NCBI GenBank assembly: GCA_002898395.1
Contig: BEHE01000005.1
Location: forward strand, 1 to 64,000
Length of the DNA stretch: 64,000 bases
Reading direction: 5' to 3'
Origin: Candidatus Calditenuaceae archaeon HR02
Lineage (GTDB): Archaea; Thermoproteota; Nitrososphaeria_A; Caldarchaeales; Calditenuaceae
Under the pieces are notes generated by a model, which was given only the letters and a program-made list of their open reading frames with translations, had not been told where the DNA came from and ran no database searches. Made by a program: the position numbers and the translations under genes. Below are positions 20,177 to 30,355 of this stretch, piece after piece (positions within the stretch are counted from its first letter, which is position 1; the number at the start of each line of letters is the position of its first letter).

Positions 20177-20398
20177 TTACTTGGACGTCAGCTTGGGCGA
20201 CCACGCACCTGCGGCGAATTTGTAACCGCATTTTCTACACTCCCAGACGCCCACTGAGACCCTCCTAACCGCCTTCCTCCCACATTTGTCGCATATGTGT
20301 ATGGCCCTCTGTTCTAGCTCTACCTCCTCAACCTTTTTCCGGAGCCTCGCACCATAGCGTGCACCAAACCTCTTCGTCACCCCTATCCCTGCTCTCAT
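20177..20398 (-). CDS. rpl37ae: 50S ribosomal protein L37ae
   Basis: RFGARYG..LRK, CDKC..GVWECRKC. Confidence 0.95.
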   Translation of the reverse strand: MRAGIGVTKRFGARYGARLRKKVEEVELEQRAIHICDKCGRKAVRRVSVGVWECRKCGYKFAAGAWSPKLTSK

Positions 20399-20464
20399 CT
20401 CTGCAACTCACAAACCATTGGCATATTATATATCCATCGCGCAGCTAGCCCGGTGGGCATGTGG

Positions 20465-21301
20465 CTAAATAGGCGTGCCGACCCTGCCAATGGCCTCCAT
20501 CAGCTTTGTGCGAAGTTCTATCGACCTCTCCCTCGAAACCCGGATAATCTCATCCATAACACTCATCTGTATAAAGCCTTGGAGGTTTTTCTGTATCGCA
20601 GCCATCTCGTCCTCGTCCGACCAGCCGATGACGACGGATGTGTCTATTGCAGACTCTTCGAGGGATGTTGGGTCAACTAGTATCTTATCACCCAGCAGGC
20701 CTATGGTTACTGAGACGGGGAACTTCCGGATAGGTAGGCTTGAACGTATATCCGGGTTTAAGACAACCTCTCCATTCTTGACCTCATATAGTGGAATCTT
20801 GGCGGTCGCTAAGGCCGCTACAGAAGCTAGGACGGAGGGGTCAAAATAGTTGCCATCATAGTCGAGAACGTAGACATCTATGTATATCACTAGGACGCTT
20901 CTCCCCGGTATGTAGACTAGCTTCTCAAGCTCAATCATTTTAGACTCTCTGATACACCTGTCAACAACGCGGGCAAGCTCTATGGCCCTCTCATCGGGCG
21001 GTCCTGGCTCGAAGAAGCTTGACGCAAGGGGGAGGAGCTCTGCGTTAACAACGATGTTGGCTTGCTCAGGCGTGTCGGGGTAGGGCTGCCCGAGAGAGGT
21101 CTTCACACCCGCTATTATCTTCGTTCCCCCCAGGTTTACCATGGCGGAGCCGTCCGCCTTCTCTATAATAGATGTCTTGAGCTCGAGGGGGCGGTACTGG
21201 TATGGGCCTCGACCATCCAGCCTCTCTCCCCTGAGTATGAGCTCGTAAAGTTTGTCATGCATTATTTTGGTTGGGTAAGGCTTTTCACCAATCCTATACA
21301 A
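20465..21301 (-). CDS. rrp42: Exosome subunit Rrp42
   Basis: RLDGRG, KADGSA, FEPGPPDE, DYDGN. Confidence 0.95.
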   Translation of the reverse strand: MYRIGEKPYPTKIMHDKLYELILRGERLDGRGPYQYRPLELKTSIIEKADGSAMVNLGGTKIIAGVKTSLGQPYPDTPEQANIVVNAELLPLASSFFEPGPPDERAIELARVVDRCIRESKMIELEKLVYIPGRSVLVIYIDVYVLDYDGNYFDPSVLASVAALATAKIPLYEVKNGEVVLNPDIRSSLPIRKFPVSVTIGLLGDKILVDPTSLEESAIDTSVVIGWSDEDEMAAIQKNLQGFIQMSVMDEIIRVSRERSIELRTKLMEAIGRVGTPI

Positions 21302-21307
21302 TGCCGA

Positions 21308-22060
21308 TCACTCCTCCCCTACTGGCGTGAAAGTAGCAAACTTCTTCCCTAATGCCTTCCTCTGAAGCTCGTAGAGCACACCGATGCCTTTTTTGGCCAA
21401 GTTCAAAGCCTCCACGAACTCAGAGCTGGTCATCCTGCCGTTAAGCTGTAGCAGAACAATCGATCCCATCCGAGGAGCCATGGCCACCGGCATGTCCGCC
21501 TCACCCTTCTTATCCTCCTCCTCGCTTGGGTCCAAGACAATTCTGCCCTCCACCTTACCTACAGCTATCCCGGCGCATAGGTCGAGGATTGGTATTCCTG
21601 CGTCTGCTAGAGCTAGTGAGGCGGCGGTGATCCCAGCGGTCCTCGTGCCCGCATCCGCCTGTATAACTTCTATGAATATGTCGATGGCTGATCGTGGGAA
21701 CTCCTCCAGAATCACTATACTCTCCAAGGCCTCTCGTATGACTTTGCTGAGCTCTATCTCTCTTCTCGTCATTCCCGGCGCTTTTCTTCCCTCAACGCTG
21801 AAGGCGGCCATATGGTAGCGGCAGTTGAGTATAGCCTTGTGGGGCTGGGCTAGGTGTCGAGGATGGGCTTCTTTAGGTCCATACACGGCTGCGTATATCT
21901 TGGTCTTGCCCATCTCGACGTAAGCTGAGCCGTCGCTCCTGTCCAATACTCCCGCCTCGATGCGGACTGGCCGCATCTCATCTAGCGCTCGGCCGTCTAT
22001 CCTCCTTCCATCCTCCGTGATCAGTCTATGCTCAACCCTCTCCAACAACCTCACCACCAA
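21308..22060 (-). CDS. rrp41: Exosome subunit Rrp41
   Basis: RIDGR..DEMR, DGSAY, RREIELS, QADAGTR, EED. Confidence 0.95.
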   Translation of the reverse strand: MVVRLLERVEHRLITEDGRRIDGRALDEMRPVRIEAGVLDRSDGSAYVEMGKTKIYAAVYGPKEAHPRHLAQPHKAILNCRYHMAAFSVEGRKAPGMTRREIELSKVIREALESIVILEEFPRSAIDIFIEVIQADAGTRTAGITAASLALADAGIPILDLCAGIAVGKVEGRIVLDPSEEEDKKGEADMPVAMAPRMGSIVLLQLNGRMTSSEFVEALNLAKKGIGVLYELQRKALGKKFATFTPVGEE

Positions 22061-22706
22061 TAATTTTCTTTCTTATGTGATGCGTGACGCGCTCTGTGAG
22101 GCCGGGGAGATGGCTCTCGCTCTCAATCATCTTGATAGCCGAGGCGACGGCAAACTCCTTCTCGGGGCTGTCGCCAACAATCGCTATTAGACCGTTCCTG
22201 CCAACGTAGAGTTTGCAGCCTGACTCGCTACTCAAAACATGGAGCATGCTGCCCTTCTTCCCTATGATGCGAGGGATCTTGACAGGGCTGACACGCATCA
22301 GAAGGCCTCGGTCGATCTTCACTAACTCGCGCCCCCCCTCGAGGAAAACGCCCCTGACACCCGAGTATTTGACACGGGTGTAGACGACGTCGCCGATCTG
22401 GAGACGTGTCCGCGTCCTTCTCCCCGCGGTGTGTAGGAATCCTACCAGGTGCCAGCCCAAGTCGACCTCATAATGGCTCGGCTTTAAATCGGTTATTATA
22501 CCTACTATGGTGTCTGACTCGCTCGGCTTGTATGGCGCCTTTGCTGGTAGAATGTTTACCTTCGAGTCCCTGAACTGTGTAATACCGGCGACTGCGGCGT
22601 ATACTTTTCCGTTATAAACATATGTATAGGACCCTGCTGAGCGTGGGTCATCCGAGAGTAGCTGACCTGGCGTAACAACCTCTCTTTCACGCACATATAT
22701 GCTCAT
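22032..22706 (-). CDS. rrp4: Exosome RNA-binding subunit Rrp4
   Basis: VTPGQ, S1 domain, KH-like [14 protein letters not shown]. Confidence 0.92.
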   Translation of the reverse strand: MSIYVREREVVTPGQLLSDDPRSAGSYTYVYNGKVYAAVAGITQFRDSKVNILPAKAPYKPSESDTIVGIITDLKPSHYEVDLGWHLVGFLHTAGRRTRTRLQIGDVVYTRVKYSGVRGVFLEGGRELVKIDRGLLMRVSPVKIPRIIGKKGSMLHVLSSESGCKLYVGRNGLIAIVGDSPEKEFAVASAIKMIESESHLPGLTERVTHHIRKKIIGGEVVGEG

Positions 22707-23401
22707 TTGGCTTCACCCACGGGTTTTACCTCCCCCCTCCCCGCAGTATACCTATTCACCAATTCCACCAAATCTGTAATCATTCCTGCAGGAGCCTCTA
22801 GCTCGCATCTCCACCAGCCATCCTGCCCCCACTCCTCCTTCAGAATCTTGCCTAGGGGCTTCAAGTGTCTATAGACAGAGGGCTGCGCGTCGTTTGGCAC
22901 CCGTATCAAGAAGGTGGATAGGCCTACCTTTATGGGCAGAACCATCCTCAATCGCTCCAAAACCTTCGGCACCTGCTTCTTGGCGTCGAGAAACGGGTCG
23001 ATCGACACTCCCGCCTCTTCGAGTGAGAGCTCCAGCCTTTGGGGTGGGATGGGCGTGTTTGTTCTGGGGTCGATGGCGTGTTTGCATAGAAAATCGATAA
23101 TCTGCCGCTTCTTCTCCTCAATCAGCCTCCTCCTCTGCTCAGCCGTTATCTGCAGATCACCCTCTCTAACAATCTTCAACGCTATGTCCTGGACATTGGT
23201 GGTCCCGAACGACTTCATGAGCTCGTTCGCATTGGCTCTAATACCCTTTTTCGAGTCCCTGTAAACCTCCTCATACACTAAGAACTTAGAAGGGGGAAGA
23301 TTCTCACCCATCTTTACCCTCAATGCCGCCTCAGGGTCGACTAGCACCTCAAATGTGTTTCCACTCTTGGACATCCTTGCAACGGTATATCGCTTGCTCA
23401 A
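22703..23401 (-). CDS. sdo1: Ribosome maturation factor SBDS/Sdo1
   Basis: FEVLVDP, GDLQITAEQRR, DPRT..P.PP.R. Confidence 0.95.
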   Translation of the reverse strand: MSKRYTVARMSKSGNTFEVLVDPEAALRVKMGENLPPSKFLVYEEVYRDSKKGIRANANELMKSFGTTNVQDIALKIVREGDLQITAEQRRRLIEEKKRQIIDFLCKHAIDPRTNTPIPPQRLELSLEEAGVSIDPFLDAKKQVPKVLERLRMVLPIKVGLSTFLIRVPNDAQPSVYRHLKPLGKILKEEWGQDGWWRCELEAPAGMITDLVELVNRYTAGRGEVKPVGEAK

Positions 23402-23452
23402 TGTTTTATCAACTAAATTTGTGAAGAATGTTATTTATATTCTTGGCTTCCC

Positions 23453-24181
23453 TTAACCTTTGAGGGCCTGCTCTACTAGCTTATTGACCTCTTCTTGGCT
23501 TAGGGGCGTGTAGAGCTTCGTGCTGGTTGGTATCACAACTATTTTGGCTGACCATTTCTCATCGGTCTTCTCGATGCTCTGGACAAGTGCCTTCATACAT
23601 AGTAGCTTAGCCTCTTCGAGCGTCATATTTGGGTCGTAGAGATTCTCAAGAATCTCCTTCACCTTTTCACTGCCTCTACCTATTGACCATCCGCCGTACT
23701 TCATCACGACGCCGCTCGGCTCAGTGTAGAAGAGACTGGCTCCGTCGCTTCCTACCCCACCTATCAGAAATGCTACCCCGAAAGGTCTCACGCCAGCATG
23801 CTGGGTATAGAGCTGCATAGTGTCCCCTACCCTCTTAGCTATTGCCTCAACGCTCGGAGGCTCATCATATGTAAGCCTGTATATCTGTGCGAAGACCCGC
23901 GCGCTATCGACGAGTATCCTTGCATCTGAGATCAGGCCTGAACTTGCCGCACCTATGTGCTCATCAATCTGGAAGAGCTTCTGAGTGTAGCTCGGGTTCT
24001 GAAGCTTGCTGTACGCCCTCTCCTCCACGGCTAGTACCACCCCCTCATTAACGCAGATCCCTACGGCGGTTGAGCCAGACTTAACAGTCTCAAGGGCATA
24101 TTCTACTTGGTATAGGCGGCCTTGGGGCGAAAAGACAGTAATCGCCCTGTCATATGCACCAGCCATCCCAAGAGCAGCCAA
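23453..24181 (-). CDS. psmA: Proteasome alpha subunit
   Basis: YDRAITVFSPQGRLYQVEYA, RPFGV. Confidence 0.97.
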   Translation of the reverse strand: MAALGMAGAYDRAITVFSPQGRLYQVEYALETVKSGSTAVGICVNEGVVLAVEERAYSKLQNPSYTQKLFQIDEHIGAASSGLISDARILVDSARVFAQIYRLTYDEPPSVEAIAKRVGDTMQLYTQHAGVRPFGVAFLIGGVGSDGASLFYTEPSGVVMKYGGWSIGRGSEKVKEILENLYDPNMTLEEAKLLCMKALVQSIEKTDEKWSAKIVVIPTSTKLYTPLSQEEVNKLVEQALKG

Positions 24182-24348
24182 TCACATCACCTACGTTTAT
24201 AAGCTCCAAAGGCATCGTTTAAATCTATCTCACCACACCGCTGATGCCGTGTTACCATATTTCTGCCGTTTATAGGCTACGCTATCGAAGACGGCTAGAT
24301 ATGTGAAGTTTATATAAATTGACTCCCACATGCAAGGAATGTAGCCTG

Positions 24349-25341
24349 TTGAGAGAACTGGTTGACGGGTATGGGCGCGTAGCCAAGAAGCTTAGACTTT
24401 CAGTAACTGATAGGTGTAACTTCAGGTGCAATTTCTGCATGCCCAAAGAGCCAGTCTGGATCCCGCGGAGTGATGTTCTTAGCTTTGAGGAGCACGCCCG
24501 CTTAGTGAGGATTCTCACATCTATGGGCGTGTCTCGTATCAGGCTGACGGGTGGGGAGCCACTCGTTAGAAGGGGGGTGGAGAAGCTAGTCAAGATTATT
24601 GCTACAACCCCTGGGGTCGAGGAGGTCACTATGACGACGAACGGTTTCCACCTTCAGTCCTTTGCGAAGACACTAGCGGAGGCCGGGCTAAGTAGTGTGA
24701 CCGTCAGCCTCCACAGCCTCAAGCCGGAGAGGTTTGAGGAAATCATTGGAGTCAATGGGGTCTTTCACAGGGTTTTAGAGGGAATATCTGCTGCTAAAGA
24801 TGCGGGGTTAAGGGTTAAGATCAACGTGGTCGTGGTCAGGGGCTGTAATGATGATGAGCTTTATGACTTTGCAGAACTGTCAAGAAGGACTGGCATTACA
24901 GTAAAGTTTATCGAGTTTATGCCATTCGATGGTGAGAGGTTATGGAATCTTGAGAGGGTGGTGAAGGCGACCGAAATGCTTGATATTCTGTCTAAGAGGT
25001 ATCGACTCTACCCAAAGGCCCGTGAGCACGGCTCAACTACCCGATACTATGGCTTCAGGGACTCTTCTGTGGGAGAGATTGGCCTGGTCTCCTCCATCTC
25101 AGAGCCCTTCTGCTTCGATTGCGACAGGGTCCGGATTAAAGCCGATGGAAAACTCGTGCCATGCATGTTCAGCAGGGACGAATACGACCTAAAGCCGCTT
25201 CTTAGGTCCGGGGCCACTGACGAAGAGATTAGGGAGTTTATAAGATGGGCCTTCAGCCGTAAGTTTAGGGGGGTGGAGGCGATGCTAAAGACGGGTGAGT
25301 TGCCTCAACACATAAGGCCAATGTACACTCTAGGAGGGTAG
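24349..25341 (+). CDS. moaA: GTP 3',8-cyclase
   Basis: CNFRCNFC radical SAM motif, LTGGEP, FCFDCDR, C-terminal GG; TATA 24309-18 favours TTG 24349. Confidence 0.95.
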   Translation: MRELVDGYGRVAKKLRLSVTDRCNFRCNFCMPKEPVWIPRSDVLSFEEHARLVRILTSMGVSRIRLTGGEPLVRRGVEKLVKIIATTPGVEEVTMTTNGFHLQSFAKTLAEAGLSSVTVSLHSLKPERFEEIIGVNGVFHRVLEGISAAKDAGLRVKINVVVVRGCNDDELYDFAELSRRTGITVKFIEFMPFDGERLWNLERVVKATEMLDILSKRYRLYPKAREHGSTTRYYGFRDSSVGEIGLVSSISEPFCFDCDRVRIKADGKLVPCMFSRDEYDLKPLLRSGATDEEIREFIRWAFSRKFRGVEAMLKTGELPQHIRPMYTLGG

Positions 25342-25346
25342 CCTCT

Positions 25347-25733
25347 CTAAGACTCGGAGAGTATTGGCGACTCCAACAAGTTTTTAATTCTCTTCTCAAG
25401 GTAATCCAGCTCTTTAGTGTCTAGACTCACACCCCTCTCCGATAGCCTTTCCTTAACAACCTCAAAGACCATCGAGAAGACTTTACAACCGCTCAGCAGG
25501 ACCTTTTTAGCCGTCAAGTCAGAATCATACAATATAAACTCCGACTCCGGGCTCATCTTATTAAGAAGGTTCTCCAGCGCTTCAACCTCCCTGTGTATCG
25601 CCTCCTTCAACTCGTAGCCCACGTTGTATCCTGAGAGGAACTTCCGCGCAATCTCGAGTAGGAGGTCCCTGTATAGGGAGAGACCGAGAGTTATTATCTT
25701 AACGTCAGTTGCCCCAATAATATATTTTTTCAC
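25347..25733 (-). CDS. Hypothetical protein
   Basis: 128-aa ORF with coding-like composition; no recognised motif. Confidence 0.55.
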   Translation of the reverse strand: MKKYIIGATDVKIITLGLSLYRDLLLEIARKFLSGYNVGYELKEAIHREVEALENLLNKMSPESEFILYDSDLTAKKVLLSGCKVFSMVFEVVKERLSERGVSLDTKELDYLEKRIKNLLESPILSES

Positions 25734-25774
25734 ATTTTGATGATTTGTCGTTGCTATATTTCTACCTCATCCAC

Positions 25775-26197
25775 CTACTCTTCTCTCCCTCTTAGCGCCT
25801 TGGCTAGGGCCTTTAATGCAAGCTTATTTGCATCCGAGTTCAGCTCCCTCGGTATGTGTTTTATCTCGAAGGAATGGAAGCGGCTTATAAGCTCCACCGC
25901 CTCATCCCTGAGCCGCTTCAGCCGCGGGTCTCTGACCTTATACTCACCCCCCACCTGCCGCACAAGCAGCTGGCTGTCACTATACACGATGAGTGATCTG
26001 CACCCCATCTTGATGGCCCGTCTCAGACAGTGGAGAAGCGCCTGATACTCGGCGTAATTGTTTGTATCCCGGCCCAGGTATCCTGCTCCCCTTAAGATAT
26101 CCCCGCCATGCCTAATCAAATAGGCGTATGCAGAGGGTCCGGGGTTGCCGCTGGAAGCACCGTCGATGAAGGCTACGCAGTCCCCCCCGCCGCACAA
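25775..26197 (-). CDS. rnhA: Ribonuclease HI
   Basis: DGASSGNPG, TNNYAEY, SDSQL, HIPRELNSDAN. Confidence 0.93.
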   Translation of the reverse strand: MCGGGDCVAFIDGASSGNPGPSAYAYLIRHGGDILRGAGYLGRDTNNYAEYQALLHCLRRAIKMGCRSLIVYSDSQLLVRQVGGEYKVRDPRLKRLRDEAVELISRFHSFEIKHIPRELNSDANKLALKALAKALRGREE

Positions 26198-26283
26198 TCC
26201 ACCCTAACAGTATTGAGGGCGTCTTATCTACTTGGATGGACTGGAGGGGTTAATAGTGGGGGGATATTCTACTCTGCAGCATC

Positions 26284-28014
26284 ATGCCCCGCTTTGTTGT
26301 GGTGGCCGAGAAAAGGTCGGTGGCTGAGGTGATTTACAAGGTCTTAAGGAAATATGGTCTAAAAGAAGTTACAGTGACTAGCGTCAGCGGCCACTTGATG
26401 GACTGTGACTTAGTCGAGAGGTATGATAGATGGCGTCTCTCCGATTTGTTGGAGCTTCTCAGACCCGAGAACATGAGGCTAGTCGTGTCGGACAAATATG
26501 CTTATAGCCGTGTAGGACGAGTCCTCTCAAATCTCCGTGAAGGGTTGATGGTTGTGGCAACAGATAACGACCACGAGGGCGAGTTGATCGGATACGAGCT
26601 AGTAATCCTCTACAGGAACATCAGGGGGCACACGGCTGAATTCAGGAGAATGAGATTCAACTCCCTCGAAGAAGATGAGATAATCAGGGCCTGGCAGAAT
26701 CTAGAGAACGACCTTAACTGGGGCTGGGTATACAAAGCACAGCTCCGCAGATCCTTCGACCTCATCACAGGCGCCGCCTTTACCCGCCTCCTAACACTAT
26801 CGGCTCGGCGTAGAGTAAACGGCTCAGGAGTTATTAGCTGGGGTCCTGTGCAGTCCCCTTGCCTAAAGATAATAGTAGATAGGGAGCGGGTGATTCGCGG
26901 GTTCAAGCCTAGGAAGTACTGGTACGTAACATGTGTCCTGAAATATGGTGATATAATCTTCAAGGCTAATAGTGGTAATGTTTGGGATAAGGGCGTTGCA
27001 GAGCGCCTCATCCAGGATGCCTTGTCGGCGAATGTTGGAGAGGTTCTGGATTACGCTGAGGAGAGGGTCAGGATGCCGCGTCCTCTGCCCGCCAGGACTG
27101 ATGATTCTGTCCGCGAGTTAGTTAGAATCACGGGGAGGTCTTCACACAGCCTAATGATGGTCATGGAGCGGCTCTACCAGTCGGGCTACCTCTCCTATCC
27201 CCGGACAGAGACCAACAGGTATCCGGAGGGCTTCGACTTTAAGAGGCGTCTAAAGGCCATTGCAAGTTCAGGGGTGCTGGCTGGTGTTGAGATTCGCGAA
27301 GAGCCGAGGCCGAGGAATGGTAGGATGAGCGACGGGGCACACCCCCCCATCTACCCGACTGGCACCTACGCTGGTGGAGGTGTTGAAAGAGCAGTGTGGG
27401 AGTATTTTGCGAGGAGATTCGTTGCAAACGCCTTCACCGACGACGCCCTAGTCATCAGACAAAGAGCTGTGGTCAGGGTTGGCGGCGTAGAGTTGAGGGC
27501 TGCGGGGAGGTATTTAGAGTCGGCCGGTTTCTATACCGTCTTTCCCTACTTTAAACCTAGTGAAGAGCCGCTCCCCAGGCTTTTGGTTGGCGCGGTAGTG
27601 GAGGTGGTTGAGGTGCGATTAGTTGAGGATGAGACGCGTCCTCCGCCAAGACTGTCGGAGAGCGACCTTCTAAGGATAATGGAGTCGAACGAGCTCGGTA
27701 CCGACGCTACGAGACCCCTTTACCCGTCTCTCCTCGTGGAGAGAGGGTTCGTCGTAAGGGAGAAGAAGAGTCTCAAGCCTACCGGGCTTGGAGAAGCTCT
27801 TATCGAGACTTTAAAGCAGGTGGATGAGAGGCTCGTCACGCCTGAGACTCGAAGGATCGTAGAGGGGTTTATGAAGAGTGTAGAGAGGGGTGAGCTCCAG
27901 CTCGACGTTGCCTTGTCTAAGGCGCTCGACATCTACAGACCCCTCCTAAAGAGTTGTCTGGCACGGATTGACTGGATCGGTGACCGCCTAGCCATGCATG
28001 TCCGTCAAAGATAG
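26284..28014 (+). CDS. topA: Type IA DNA topoisomerase
   Basis: VAEK, SGHL, ATDNDHEGELIG, GPVQSP, SYPRTE (catalytic Tyr), LGTDATR. Confidence 0.95.
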   Translation: MPRFVVVAEKRSVAEVIYKVLRKYGLKEVTVTSVSGHLMDCDLVERYDRWRLSDLLELLRPENMRLVVSDKYAYSRVGRVLSNLREGLMVVATDNDHEGELIGYELVILYRNIRGHTAEFRRMRFNSLEEDEIIRAWQNLENDLNWGWVYKAQLRRSFDLITGAAFTRLLTLSARRRVNGSGVISWGPVQSPCLKIIVDRERVIRGFKPRKYWYVTCVLKYGDIIFKANSGNVWDKGVAERLIQDALSANVGEVLDYAEERVRMPRPLPARTDDSVRELVRITGRSSHSLMMVMERLYQSGYLSYPRTETNRYPEGFDFKRRLKAIASSGVLAGVEIREEPRPRNGRMSDGAHPPIYPTGTYAGGGVERAVWEYFARRFVANAFTDDALVIRQRAVVRVGGVELRAAGRYLESAGFYTVFPYFKPSEEPLPRLLVGAVVEVVEVRLVEDETRPPPRLSESDLLRIMESNELGTDATRPLYPSLLVERGFVVREKKSLKPTGLGEALIETLKQVDERLVTPETRRIVEGFMKSVERGELQLDVALSKALDIYRPLLKSCLARIDWIGDRLAMHVRQR

Positions 28015-28129
28015 CCAGCCCAGCATGTATGGGAAAATCTCGAAAAGGGGGGCCCTCCAACATCGCATGGAGCTCATCACGTGGTGGAATCCGTTAATAT
28101 AGCGGCATCCCCCCACTATCCTACGGTCT

Positions 28130-28270
28130 ATGGTGCAGCCGAGAGAGTTGGCCTCTGTGGTCGCCCTGTTCCTCTTCTTCCTCTTGGTAGCCGTATCATC
28201 AGTCTTCATCGCAGATTTGTTCAGAGTATTGGGGAGGGCCATCGGCGCAGTACTATTTGGGATCGCCTAG
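28130..28270 (+). CDS. Small membrane protein (46 aa, below the ORF-track cutoff)
   Basis: MVQPRELASVVALFLFFLLVAVSSVFIADLFRVLGRAIGAVLFGIA; TATA-like ttaatata ~30 nt upstream. Confidence 0.55.
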   Translation: MVQPRELASVVALFLFFLLVAVSSVFIADLFRVLGRAIGAVLFGIA

Positions 28271-28281
28271 GATGAATCAAC

Positions 28282-28947
28282 TCACCAATAATAGCCCCTA
28301 TACCTGTTCAGACCTGAAGCCCACACTGCTGTCAAGCCAAGCCCCATGATGAGGCCCCCGATGTGTGCACTATACGCTATTGAGCTGAAAGGCATCGTAA
28401 ACGCCAGCAGTGTCTGCAATAGGGCCAGAATGAGTATGACAATGTATGCAGGCGCGACAATAGGTATTAGGTAGAGGAAGAGGGCCAGTGGTCTTCTAGG
28501 AAATAGGACTCCGAACGCCCCCATAACCCCAAATACCGCGCCTGAGGCCCCAACGGCGGGGGTGTAGGGTGCAAATCTGTTTGAGGGGAAGTAATAGCTG
28601 GTGAACGCGTAGGCCAATCCGCCCACCACACCGCTTGCGAAGTATAGTGCGAGGAATCTTGACCGGCCAAGCAAAATCTCAACATCTCTCCCCAGAATCA
28701 ACAGCCCCCACATGTTGAAGAAGATATGAAGGAACCCGTCGTGGATAAACATGGATGTAAAGATCGTGAACACTCCATATAGGAGGGAGGAGAGGTCTGG
28801 TGCTGCTAGAATGGTTGCCGGGACAAGTCCGAAATTATAGATCATGAATGCTCTGCCGACAATGGATGTGAGGCCGAAGACTACCAAGTTTATGGCTATG
28901 AGCGTAAATGTAGCTAGCGGCCGCACTTCCCTTACGATGTACAACAA
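28282..28947 (-). CDS. Rhomboid intramembrane serine protease
   Basis: HIFFNM, GASGA, AHIGG. Confidence 0.93.
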   Translation of the reverse strand: MLYIVREVRPLATFTLIAINLVVFGLTSIVGRAFMIYNFGLVPATILAAPDLSSLLYGVFTIFTSMFIHDGFLHIFFNMWGLLILGRDVEILLGRSRFLALYFASGVVGGLAYAFTSYYFPSNRFAPYTPAVGASGAVFGVMGAFGVLFPRRPLALFLYLIPIVAPAYIVILILALLQTLLAFTMPFSSIAYSAHIGGLIMGLGLTAVWASGLNRYRGYYW

Positions 28948-28971
28948 GTCATTGATTATGGATTCTCGGAT

Positions 28972-30318
28972 TTAAGCATAGCAGTGCTCCTTACCGATGT
29001 ATGCGAGCGCGCAGCTCCTCTTCATCAACTCCCTCAGTAGGGATGTTGCATAGCTTGAGGGTGGTAGTGTCAGGTAGAGTCTAATATTGGAGTCTTGCAG
29101 CCTCTCTAGCTCGAGACTAAGCGGTCTCAACAGGATGGGCCTGTACATGCCTGTTGATGAGACTTCGGGCATAAGCCTGGTTCTAAAGCTCCTAGGCGAG
29201 ACTCCTTCCTGGTCTAGGACGTTTTTCAGCGCGTCGCCTCTCGGACCGCGGGGAATCCACGAGAGGTATCCAGGGGTTGGTAGAACTATTGCCACCTCCC
29301 CCCTCCTTAGCCGCACCCCAACCTCTTCAAGATTCGCGCTAGTAACCTGTAGCGGCCTGCCATAGGGTCTGTGATGCCTATCTATCCTGACGAAGAGGTC
29401 CCCTATGCATGGCTCGTTAAGGTGGAGGCCATCTCTGAGCGTGAGGCTTAGAGCCCTGTTGAATAAGTACGAGGAGAAGGCGTCGATGAATAGCCTCCTT
29501 ATGCGGAGTGGGAGGCTCCTGAGAGCTCCGGAATAGTCTCCGGGCAGTCGAGAAAGGCGTCTCAGCATCCTCCTCTCATACGTCAGGCTTAGCGGGAAAT
29601 TCTTCAACGCCTCTCCATAGTCACCAGTCTCAGAAAAGGCCAGCCGGGCAGTCCTCACTGGTTCAGGCTCAAACTCTGTGGTGAATCCAAGAAACGTGTC
29701 CACCGCGCCGCGCAGATCTCCCTTCACGATAAGTCTGCCTACAATATGTGTTATTGGTCTCAGGAGGCCGAACCTCTGATACCCAAAAAAGTTCGGAACA
29801 CCTGAATCCAGGACGGTCTCTTTAAAATGTGTTAGGAGTGAAGAATCTGCCTCGGCTGCCCTAATAATTATGTCGAATTTATTCGCGACCAGCCTAGAGG
29901 AGTTTAGCCCATCAATAAATCCTATCCTCCACGCCTCCCACCTACTAGATGCGTAATGGCCTCGATCCTCCACGAACCTAGCCACGGGGAGGGCGACGTA
30001 TTGATAGGTCACAGCCCTCCTATCCTTTATCCCACATATCTTCGCCCTCGAGGGTCTGGTTCCAATAGTTTGCGCCAGCTCGGCTATGGCCGAGACTGTC
30101 TCTATATCCCTCTTCTTCAATATCCAGAGCGTGTATCTTGTGGGCTCTACGGGTAGTGGGTCTTTAAACCAGAGAGCTTTGGCGTCAAGTCCACCCTCAA
30201 GTATCTCAGAAACTATGAAGTCTTCAGGTTGCTTCTTTACGATGCCCCCTATTCCCCGGGTAGGGGTATAATAGCCCTCCACCCCGATCGCCGACTCTAT
30301 ATCGCCACATCCCAACAT
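28972..30318 (-). CDS. truD: tRNA pseudouridine(13) synthase
   Basis: PEDFIVSE, GIKDRRAVTYQ, PNFFGYQRFG, SYAT.LLRE. Confidence 0.95.
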   Translation of the reverse strand: MLGCGDIESAIGVEGYYTPTRGIGGIVKKQPEDFIVSEILEGGLDAKALWFKDPLPVEPTRYTLWILKKRDIETVSAIAELAQTIGTRPSRAKICGIKDRRAVTYQYVALPVARFVEDRGHYASSRWEAWRIGFIDGLNSSRLVANKFDIIIRAAEADSSLLTHFKETVLDSGVPNFFGYQRFGLLRPITHIVGRLIVKGDLRGAVDTFLGFTTEFEPEPVRTARLAFSETGDYGEALKNFPLSLTYERRMLRRLSRLPGDYSGALRSLPLRIRRLFIDAFSSYLFNRALSLTLRDGLHLNEPCIGDLFVRIDRHHRPYGRPLQVTSANLEEVGVRLRRGEVAIVLPTPGYLSWIPRGPRGDALKNVLDQEGVSPRSFRTRLMPEVSSTGMYRPILLRPLSLELERLQDSNIRLYLTLPPSSYATSLLRELMKRSCALAYIGKEHCYA

Positions 30319-30355
30319 GTCTCTTTGAGAGACCAGATTAGAAGACTGTTCAGCC

